In this document: positions 40,107 through 48,200 of the stretch, piece by piece
How positions within the stretch are numbered: the first letter of the stretch is position 1
Layout of the letters: each line of letters opens with the position of its first letter
Notes under the pieces: generated by a model
Databases searched by the model: none
The model's input: the letters and a program-made list of their open reading frames with translations, nothing else
What the model was told of the DNA's origin: nothing
NCBI GenBank assembly: GCA_024704765.1
Contig: JAKMXF010000022.1
Span: 573,055 to 637,054 of the forward strand
Reading direction: 5' to 3'
DNA: 64,000 bases
Origin: Oopsacas minuta
Lineage: Eukaryota; Animalia; Porifera
Position numbers and translations under genes: made by a program

Positions 40107-41477
40107 TCAATAATTAGCTTTTATAGGTTTGAGGGTTTCAGAGAGCATAAGAGGGAATATTACTTTACAAGCTGTGTAGATTACCCTCAAGGAACGGATC
40201 AATCCTAATGGTAACATCCACAAGCCATGTGACGCCGTAACGTTATACATAGCATAGAAAGCGACGGTAAAGAAGTGTCCGATTAATTTAAGCGGTTTTG
40301 GTGTGACAACTGAGAGGAGGGCAATTGGACCGTCGGCACACTCCCCTCCTAACTGAAAGTAGTTAAAACAGGCCTCTTGTAAATATTTCATGTTGTCCTC
40401 AGTTGCTGAGAATAAGGAGTAGAGAGCTTGAGCAAGAACATTTATCACATACGAATGGTTAGATTTACGTTCCCAATGGAACTTCTCAACTGCTGAGAGC
40501 ACAACTGAATGATCCGACAAGTCAATACCCTGTAGCAGGTTTCTCCAGATTATTACGTCATTGAAAGCAGCTGTCATACCACAACCTGTCAGTGGGTGTC
40601 TCTGGTTAGACGCGTCACCAAGCAAGATAACACCAGGTATACATTTGGGCTGAGAAGCTAAGAAACAATTCGGCATACTTCTTAAACGTCCATTTTCAAC
40701 AGCTCTAACAAATGGGGCTCTGATGTGTTGGGGTACATGATTGACAAAAGATTCGAGAATGTGAGAGCGTAGGTTGGAAGGTATTGGGCCTCTGATATCA
40801 ATAAGAGCACGAGTACAGTGTGGAGATATTTTGTATACCAAAATAACTCCTGCTTCTGATATTATTACCTCAGCAAAATTGGGTTTAAACTGAGGACAAT
40901 CTTCCATGATTATTCCAACAAAATGAGAACAGATTTTCTGTTCAGAAGCAGACAGCTCTCTACGGAACTTAGAGAAACTACCATCAGCTACAACTGTTAA
41001 TTGAGCCTTGATAATAACTTCACTATCAGAATCTTTTGTTTTAACGGAGACACCAACTACACAGCCTGCTTCGTAAATCAGCTGTGTAGCAGAACCTTCG
41101 AGTTTATATACGTTCGTATTGGCTAGAGCTGCTTTCCTGAGGTTCATTACAAATCTCCCGTGGTGGAAGGCACGGCCAGTATGAATTGAATCACCACTCT
41201 CTTTCCTAGGATAAGTTAGAACAACACTCTCTCCATTCCGCATGTAATGCACCACATAACCATGGACAACTGCAGCTTCTATGTTTTCTACACAGTCTTC
41301 TAATTGCAATTCCTGCAGGGCAGTCATGCCGCCTGGTTGCAATAGCTCTCCTACTATCCTGTCTGGCTCTGAGAATTGTCGCTCAATCAATACAACCTTA
41401 CGATTCTGCAGTCCCATTACATGTGCCATCGCACTACCTGCAATGCCACTGCCAATAATCGCAATCTCTGCCTCCAT
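40107..41477 (-). CDS. SQLE: Squalene monooxygenase (epoxidase), intronless
   Basis: FAD fingerprint IIGSGIAG, DRIVGELLQPGG, GRAFHHGRFVMNLRK, LTVVADGSFSKFR, LRSMPN, LLGDASNQRHPLTGCGM, C-terminal membrane helices. First ATG at 41477. Confidence 0.96.
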   Translation of the reverse strand: MEAEIAIIGSGIAGSAMAHVMGLQNRKVVLIERQFSEPDRIVGELLQPGGMTALQELQLEDCVENIEAAVVHGYVVHYMRNGESVVLTYPRKESGDSIHTGRAFHHGRFVMNLRKAALANTNVYKLEGSATQLIYEAGCVVGVSVKTKDSDSEVIIKAQLTVVADGSFSKFRRELSASEQKICSHFVGIIMEDCPQFKPNFAEVIISEAGVILVYKISPHCTRALIDIRGPIPSNLRSHILESFVNHVPQHIRAPFVRAVENGRLRSMPNCFLASQPKCIPGVILLGDASNQRHPLTGCGMTAAFNDVIIWRNLLQGIDLSDHSVVLSAVEKFHWERKSNHSYVINVLAQALYSLFSATEDNMKYLQEACFNYFQLGGECADGPIALLSVVTPKPLKLIGHFFTVAFYAMYNVTASHGLWMLPLGLIRSLRVIYTACKVIFPLMLSETLKPIKANY

Positions 41478-42082
41478 ATTGTTAAGTTGAAATAAAACAA
41501 TCGATTTCGAATACAAACAAATATAGTAATATGATATGGATTAGAAACACTGCCATATAAACGCATGGGATGCTTACCTCTATAAAATCAGAAGATCTAG
41601 CATTCCATCAACTTAGCTAGCTTTACTTTGTGGGGTGATCCTGATATCTGTTCATGCTATGATTATACAACAAAATTGAGTGTTGGGAGTTACTGAATAT
41701 GAGTAATTATATAGGATTCAAATATGCTACACTGGAGCTTGCAGTTACAAGTAACTAGATTTTGGTCCACAAATAGTTGCTAATACGAGTTTAAGAAGTT
41801 GCTAACATAATTAATACTATAAAATCTACAGACTTGGGATTTTGGTTGCTAATAAACAAATATTGCTATGAAGCGAGTTGCTAATAAGTACACTATACTG
41901 TATTATGAAAAGTATAAGAAATAGTATTACTTACCTGCAAGGATTCTTGTAAAGAAATCTGAACTGGAAATACCCAAATGTTAATGTTTGGAAATTATTA
42001 ACTGATTACAAATTACTTATCTCTATCGTTGGTAAATAATATTGAAATAATTACTATTGTTTATATTGAATAACGTTAAACA

Positions 42083-42742
42083 CTATTGAGTTTTGTGTTC
42101 ATTTTCAGAATCCTGAGTGGTCTCAGTGTTACATTGGTCTGTCTCTAAACCAGTTGGTATATTTTCAATATTTTCTGCTTCTTTCATAATTACTCCAGAA
42201 GTGACGGTAGTATCTGTAGTAGTATTAACAGGCTGGGGACTACTAGATGATTCTATCTTTTGTTTCTGAGGTTTCCTCTGCTTAGGAGGCGGTAGAATCG
42301 GACTTTCTAAGTCTATCGTAACAGGTCCGTCGTTCTCAATAAGAATTTGTGAATAAGCTCCAAACACTCCTGATTTAATAGCATCACTCTTATAAAGATG
42401 TCCAAATCTTGTAACACAATACTCAAATATATCTTTAGAAGTATCTCCCGACATTGCTTGATGGAAATCTGGTTTGTTTCCTTTTAGCACACAGCAAAGA
42501 GTAAACTGACTCAAACATAGAATTTCTAGCCCAGCATCTCTCACACTAACTTCCCATTTCTTACCATTAACGTCATCAAATAGTCTTAAATTAAGGACTT
42601 TATTTACAATATACTCAACTTCTTGGAGAGTATCATTCTTGTTAATCCCCAATAATAAACATAACCCCCTTCCTATAGAACTGACCAGATTACCATCTAC
42701 TGACGCACTGGCACGTAGTACACGCTGTATGATCACTTTCAT
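42083..42742 (-). CDS. DTD1: D-aminoacyl-tRNA deacylase 1 with an acidic/Thr-rich C-terminal extension
   Basis: MKVIIQRV, SIGRGLCLLLGI, SQFTL, GNKPDFH, FGA...ENDGPVT (Gly-cisPro motif). Confidence 0.95.
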   Translation of the reverse strand: MKVIIQRVLRASASVDGNLVSSIGRGLCLLLGINKNDTLQEVEYIVNKVLNLRLFDDVNGKKWEVSVRDAGLEILCLSQFTLCCVLKGNKPDFHQAMSGDTSKDIFEYCVTRFGHLYKSDAIKSGVFGAYSQILIENDGPVTIDLESPILPPPKQRKPQKQKIESSSSPQPVNTTTDTTVTSGVIMKEAENIENIPTGLETDQCNTETTQDSENEHKTQ

Positions 42743-43170
42743 ATTTGCAAATATTTTCTTTCTACCAAATTAACTAAGTAACTTAAAGATTAATTATAGA
42801 ATGCTATAGCTAGATATATCACAATAACTATACAAAGACTATGTAAAGATTATGATGTACTTGTTCTCATCCGTCTGGAGAGATTTTATGTATTTTTTCC
42901 AAATTTATGGATAATTATTGGGTCACAGATTGTGCAATCTACATTTTTACTACTTTTATAGGTTAAAAATATGTATTTCCTTTTAAAAAACTTATATCGA
43001 AACCATTATAGCGTTCCCTAGAACGTCGATATAACTGGAGTTGACTGTAACTATGATTTTTTAATGTTTCATTGAAATATATGTAATAGAATGCTTGAGT
43101 GAAAATGTTGCGACGAAATAATTATCCAATAATAGTAAGGAACTAGTCAAATCTAAACAGACTATTCCTG

Positions 43171-43698
43171 CTACTTAGCCTCCAGAATATCTATATAAGC
43201 TTTAGATTCTAACCAATCTTTGTCAATCTTGAGCTCAGTCATAAGTGCTTCTGCTATTTCCACTCCTTCCTCTTTGGTTTGTTTTGCTTCCATCAAAACC
43301 TCTAGCTCCATGTAGATACCCAATCCAGCAACTTTATCTAAATGTACTCGTGTTTGTGCGACCATGAATAGTAATCTCTCTTTAGAAACTTCTCCTCTGA
43401 TACCTAGAGTGTTTTTAAGCACTACCTTCATTCCTTCAGGGTCTGGTACAGATGTTTTGAAGAAATCAGACTGCTTGGGACCAGGTTGATCAGTTCTTTC
43501 ATAGTAAATAAGTGTACTTTCAGGATGGTCTACTATTTCTTCTCTCAGTTTGAGACGACCTTTAGGAGTAACAAAAAACGTGTCTCTCTGAGAAATAACT
43601 TTACCTGAAGTTTGAGTTTTCCTAACAAGATATGACTTGAGAGCTTCGAAAGTGCTGTTATCAGGAATGCGAGCTTTAATCTCAATATTCTGGGGCAT
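43171..43698 (-). CDS. CYTH-domain protein (CyaB/class IV adenylyl cyclase-like triphosphate tunnel metalloenzyme)
   Basis: N-terminal NIEIKAR, QRDTFF...GRLKLR, LIYYERTD, V.K.R, RVHLD.V.GLG.YMELEV, AYID. Confidence 0.88.
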   Translation of the reverse strand: MPQNIEIKARIPDNSTFEALKSYLVRKTQTSGKVISQRDTFFVTPKGRLKLREEIVDHPESTLIYYERTDQPGPKQSDFFKTSVPDPEGMKVVLKNTLGIRGEVSKERLLFMVAQTRVHLDKVAGLGIYMELEVLMEAKQTKEEGVEIAEALMTELKIDKDWLESKAYIDILEAK

Positions 43699-43836
43699 TT
43701 GTAATATCTCTATAATTACAAACCAAAAATTGTTATTCTAATTAGAGGTTAATTCCCTATTGACTCTCTAACATAAACTTAGTTACAGTTGACAGAATAA
43801 GTAATAACATTCTAAGAATACAAAAGATAGCAAATC

Positions 43837-43903
43837 GATTCTATGTATTATCAAGTTCAGACCACTCTAGAATTTAAGTCTGAACTGTCATACTCACAGA
43901 ATC
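43837..43903 (-). promoter_or_regulatory. Eukaryotic SECIS element (selenocysteine insertion sequence)
   Basis: RNA 5'-GAUUCUGUG AGU A UGAC AGUUCAGACUU AAA UUCUAGAGUG GUCUGAACU UGAU AAUA CAUAGAAUC-3'. Helix I 9 bp (GAUUCUGUG/CAUAGAAUC), AUGA_/_GA kink-turn core (43891-43887 / 43853-43850), helix II 9 Watson-Crick bp plus a G:U, AAA exactly 11 nt after the core. Confidence 0.9.
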
Positions 43904-43966
43904 TTTATGGTAAAGAAAGGTTTAATAATTCAATGGAGTTACTTTATGTGGTAATACTCCTGATTA

Positions 43967-44179
43967 CTAGCCTCATCCGCCCCCCTTACTGAATCCGGTA
44001 TCTTGAGTCCATTCGTCCTTCTGCAGCTTATCGCGGTTAGCTCTGGATCTGCTACAACTGTTCCGATCTTTAGACTGACTATTAGGATACATTGACTCCC
44101 TATCAGTCTCATCTCGGGTAAACAGACGTTGAATGGATCTGGAGATTGCCGAGAAACAGTCTATGATCAGTCAAACCAT
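43967..44179 (-). CDS. Candidate small selenoprotein (SelK/SelS class, penultimate Sec); 5' end unresolved
   Basis: Open frame LIIDCFSAISRSIQRLFTRDETDRESMYPNSQSKDRNSCSRSRANRDKLQKDEWTQDTGFSKGGG-TGA(43975-43973)-GGC-TAG, with the SECIS core 82 nt downstream on the same strand. Possible starts: ATG 44179 (M-V-TGA-L..., 70 aa) or ATG 44092 (41 aa). Confidence 0.7.
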
Positions 44180-44408
44180 CAGATCTCAAAAGCGGATCTG
44201 ATACAATATATAATATGAAAAATCTAATAATTAAACAAAAATAAATAAAACACAAAAGATTATTTGATAATTCCAGCCGAATTCCTTGGTTAATATATGA
44301 ATTCTAAAATTCAATTATGAAATTAATTCTAATTCGAGATCAGTGACAAAATGCCATTTCAAAATAATGAATTACAAAATCTCCTAACTACAACTAACAA
44401 GGGATTTA

Positions 44409-46628
44409 TTAAAACAGCTGGACTGGTTCTTTCTCGTAAGGACACATCGCGGCTTTACGCGAGATTCGAAGCCGACCAGAAATAGGTTCTATCCCAAAGT
44501 ATTTAACAATGATGACGTCATCTGGTTTAAAAGCAAGCGAATTAGCTAAAATGCCTGACGGATGTAATTGCGAATTTGGCACAAAACTAGGCTCTTCTTG
44601 GTTAGGATAGAGCTCTACCATCAGTCCATACTGACGGACGTGTAATACCTTAGCTCTATAGAGAGCACCAAATTCAAGTTCTGGTACTGCCTGTTGCTCC
44701 AATATGGTGTGTATTGTTCTTAAAGCTTCTGAGTGTTTTTCAGAAGATGCACCGAACAAGTACAAACGACTTGGACTTAATGTGTAGATAAATACGCCCA
44801 AGGACTCCTCAAGTTTACGAACTTTGTATCTCCAACCTGGAGAGGTCAAGGCATCGGTTTTAGATTTAGAATTAATCACAGATGAAACAGGGGCGTTACA
44901 CTTGAGTGAGGGTCTGTGTACAGAGATTACATTCTCCATGAAGTCGAGAATTTTGTGTCTATCTCCCCAACTCCTGTCTAGACACCGACCAATTAGGTCA
45001 ATTGACATGCCATTAAACTCTTTGATATCTAATTGACAGGCAGTGATCCCCTCTCTGGTACCTCCCACCTTCAGGTCCATGTTACCTAAAGCATCTTCTA
45101 TTCCCTGTATGTCGGATAGGATACAGTGTGTACCGTCAGTTTGATAATTATCCCCCAGAATCAATCCAGTAGCTACCCCAGCAGCTACTGATTTAAGGGG
45201 AATACCTCCATCCAGGATAGCCAGAGAGGCACCACATATACTACTCATTGAGGTTGAACCGCTAGAGGATTGTACATCACAAAACAAATTGACGGAGAAG
45301 GGAAAAGAAGTAGGGAGGAGAGTCAGGAAAGCGCTCTCTGCCAGACGACTGTGTCCTAGTTCTCGTCGGCTAGCCATGCCTCTAGACTTAGAATCCCTCA
45401 CTGCATAATCAGGATTAGAGTATCGCAGACAGAAGTTATCGACAGACAAAGTATTTATAATTTCAGTACCAGTTTCTAAGTCATATGAAAATGTGGGTGG
45501 GAGTAGAGACAGAGAGGACAATATTTGTGTCTCACCCCTCTGGAATATAGCAGAACCATGAGTAGCCTTTAGAGGACTCAAACCAGCTGATAGCTCTCTA
45601 ATATGATCAGAACTACGTGCACCCGGTCTCACCCCATGGACTATAGCATTTTCTCTTAAAGCAGCTCTAAACAGAACAGTTCTCAGCTGTTCAAAAGCTG
45701 ATACGGATAGAGTTGGTATTACTTCTAGAGCAGAAGCTCTAAGATTATTAGTTATATTAGTAGATTGTTTACCTCGTTGTAACTTAGGCAGAGTGGAAGA
45801 TAGATTGGATTTTATACAATCAAAATAATTGTCTTTCATTTTGGAATATAGTGTTTGGTCTAGAAGTTCATCTGGTGATTGAACTGACAATTGGAATGTT
45901 GGATTTGTAGCTGCTTTCAATGCATCTAAATGTTTTATAAATTCTATACAGTGCTGGTATGCTATGGATAACATCTCACAAAATTGAGATAGAGAGAGTT
46001 CTTTCGAACTGCCTTGAATCATAGAAATTCCTTCTTCTGTACAAGATACAATGTAGTTAGCCTCACTATTACGTAGCTCAAAGCGATTCGGGTTGATAAC
46101 CCAACAGTTGTTAACAAGGCCTACTCTAACGGCAGCACAGGTATGCATCCCTGGTGTGCAAGTGAGAGAAAGTGCAGCAGAAGCTGCATTAATCGCGGCT
46201 ATTTCTGGGTCATGTGTCCCGTCAGATGCCAAGAGAACACATGAGAGGTTCAGATTGGAGGTCAAAGGTGGAAGAATGGGACGGATAGTCCTATCAATGG
46301 AGCGAGATATCAAAGCAAACTTTTCAAAATGTCTCGAGGAACGTAAAAAGTATTTTTGAGATAGATCAGTAGATATGTGGTGTTTCTCTGAATAGTCAGT
46401 TGTGAATGGATTGCTCATATTCGTATTATTGTTCTGTTGAGTTTCAGAGAAGATAGCCGCCAGAACAGCTGTATTACCAAAATGTACAAGTGTAGCAGAG
46501 TCTGCATGATGTGCTAGCAGACCTCTGCTAATCTCCCATCTCTTACCGGAGAGGGAGAACTTGTGACTAACCACAGGGAGTGTGGAGAAATAACGTGGGG
46601 AACAGAGATGTATTAAATAACGATTCAT
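44409..46628 (-). CDS. PNPT1: Polyribonucleotide nucleotidyltransferase (mitochondrial PNPase), intronless, divergent
   Basis: Two RNase PH domains (SRSIDRTIRP; HGSAIFQRGETQ, RRELGH, SSGSTSMSS, DIQGIEDALGNMDLKVGG, GITACQLDIK), KH-like region, S1 domain (LEFGALYRAKV...GRLRISRKA). Likely start MNRYLIHL at 46628. Confidence 0.93.
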   Translation of the reverse strand: MNRYLIHLCSPRYFSTLPVVSHKFSLSGKRWEISRGLLAHHADSATLVHFGNTAVLAAIFSETQQNNNTNMSNPFTTDYSEKHHISTDLSQKYFLRSSRHFEKFALISRSIDRTIRPILPPLTSNLNLSCVLLASDGTHDPEIAAINAASAALSLTCTPGMHTCAAVRVGLVNNCWVINPNRFELRNSEANYIVSCTEEGISMIQGSSKELSLSQFCEMLSIAYQHCIEFIKHLDALKAATNPTFQLSVQSPDELLDQTLYSKMKDNYFDCIKSNLSSTLPKLQRGKQSTNITNNLRASALEVIPTLSVSAFEQLRTVLFRAALRENAIVHGVRPGARSSDHIRELSAGLSPLKATHGSAIFQRGETQILSSLSLLPPTFSYDLETGTEIINTLSVDNFCLRYSNPDYAVRDSKSRGMASRRELGHSRLAESAFLTLLPTSFPFSVNLFCDVQSSSGSTSMSSICGASLAILDGGIPLKSVAAGVATGLILGDNYQTDGTHCILSDIQGIEDALGNMDLKVGGTREGITACQLDIKEFNGMSIDLIGRCLDRSWGDRHKILDFMENVISVHRPSLKCNAPVSSVINSKSKTDALTSPGWRYKVRKLEESLGVFIYTLSPSRLYLFGASSEKHSEALRTIHTILEQQAVPELEFGALYRAKVLHVRQYGLMVELYPNQEEPSFVPNSQLHPSGILANSLAFKPDDVIIVKYFGIEPISGRLRISRKAAMCPYEKEPVQLF

Positions 46629-46723
46629 GGTATTAATGACGGAGAGATTGTTTAAAGTTGAGTAGATTGTAGCATCTAACGAGTTAAACAAAGAAATAAT
46701 AGTAATTTCACTAATTTGGTATA

Positions 46724-46940
46724 CCGTAAACTGGGGCCACTTTGGCCCACTGGGTTTGCTTTAGCCCAAATATCAAAGTTTCAAAGAAACTAGATTAGAT
46801 TCAGTATTATACTTGAAAATGACTTGCCAAAATTTTAACGAATTTTCAAATATCGGTAGACAATTTCGAATACAAATACAATATCTATTCGATACGTAAG
46901 CAATTTTCAATATTTGGGCCAAAGTAGCCCCAGTTTACGG
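46724..46940. mobile_element. MITE, 217 bp
   Basis: 25-bp TIRs CCGTAAACTGGGGC(C/T)ACTTTGGCCCA; TA on the left, CA on the right. Confidence 0.85.
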
Positions 46941-47186
46941 CATATAAATAGCAGATATGGAGACGAAAGGAACCTTTCATAGTAGTTACGCCCAATTAAG
47001 TTATGTAACATGGACTAATACCGTCAAATTGACACATGGCTTGAATTTTCACAAATTATTCCTATCAGAGAAATCAAGAAGAAAATGAAGATTATCAAAT
47101 TGTTAAAGCATTAATTATAATTATCCTACAATGCAATTAGTAAGTGAGTTTAAGAGGTAATTACAGACTTTTAATCATAAAATTAA

Positions 47187-47741
47187 TCATGTCACCATAG
47201 AGCTATAATCTAGTGCAATTAACTCTTCAGGCGTAGCGTTATTGGCTACAGCACTCGCCTTCTTCTCTTCCATAATCTTAGAAACTTTCTCCATTAGAAC
47301 AGTTGGGGGTTTAGGATAATATCTAATCTTTGGAGGTAGCTTAATATCAAGATTATTAGAAATAACTTCTAATAGTTTGTAATGGAAATCAATAGCAAAC
47401 TTTCCACCTAATCTCCTATGGTCTGTGTATAAAATGTATGCGTCTAGAGATCCAGCTTTATCCATAAGTCGAACTACATCTGCTGCAACAGGAAACGTGA
47501 ATGTGTGGTTTAGAATATCACTGTGACAAGTTTTTAGAACTATATTTGGGCGCCAAATTCTTCTCATACGTTTGTTCGTGTGTGTAACGTAATATCCATG
47601 CATAACTCGTTTGGTCCCGTGGAGACCTAAATCAGGATCCCTCCTTACCTCTACAGGGATCTTCTGGTCTGGAATAAGTTTAGGAAACTTCAATAAGAAT
47701 TTCTTTCTGCTAAAATGAAAACCTCGCCAAACACCAGCCAT
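47187..47741 (-). CDS. MRPL28: Mitochondrial ribosomal protein bL28m
   Basis: GLHG...GY...RIWRPNI...SDILNHTF...VRLMDKAGSLDAYIL pattern. First suitable ATG (MAGVWRGF) at 47741. Confidence 0.75.
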   Translation of the reverse strand: MAGVWRGFHFSRKKFLLKFPKLIPDQKIPVEVRRDPDLGLHGTKRVMHGYYVTHTNKRMRRIWRPNIVLKTCHSDILNHTFTFPVAADVVRLMDKAGSLDAYILYTDHRRLGGKFAIDFHYKLLEVISNNLDIKLPPKIRYYPKPPTVLMEKVSKIMEEKKASAVANNATPEELIALDYSSMVT

Positions 47742-47805
47742 TTTTTGAAAATCTTCAATAATGGAAATATATAACATAATCATACGCGTGTAATTTATAT
47801 AAATA

Positions 47806-47980
47806 CAGTCAACACCTGTTATATCGAAGCTTAAGGGACCGCAATAATTACTTCGATATAAGAGGAGTTCGATAAACAGATGAAAAATATGACGAAGAAG
47901 AAGTTAGCAAATATGTTACTTTGACAGTTTTGAGACCATATTTGTACAATTTCAGACTTCAATATAACGGAAGTTGACTG
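47806..47980. mobile_element. MITE (pogo/Tigger-like), 175 bp
   Basis: TA-CAGTCAACACCTGTTATATCGAAG ... CTTCAATATAACGGAAGTTGACTG-TA. Confidence 0.85.
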
Positions 47981-48200
47981 TAAATAAACATTCTCATTCG
48001 TGAACTAAATAAAGTACAGACACTACAACAGTTTATGGTCATCTAACACAATCAATCATGATAACAACCACTATCTAATATTAAATGAGACTGAATAGTT
48101 AAGAAAGAAAGTCAGTCTAACAAACATTAAGGAAGCAATTTATTATACACTACAGTTACAATGTAAAAATATAAGCAATCCATGCTCTATAGACAAAAGA

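Noticed and set aside
41770-41890. Four GTTGCTAA motifs upstream of SQLE as clustered RFX half-sites
   Set aside because: The same motif occurs inside the MITE type at 5266-5406; more likely a degenerate MITE.
43171-43698. Horizontal transfer of the bacterial-like CYTH gene
   Set aside because: CYTH proteins of this type occur in other animals, and lack of introns is the norm in this window; no evidence without a phylogeny.
44108-44200. Alternative minus frame DPLLRSDGLTDHRLFLGNL, resembling an RRM RNP2 motif
   Set aside because: Stops after ~30 codons with no RNP1 or rest of the RRM; the SECIS-linked frame explains the locus better.
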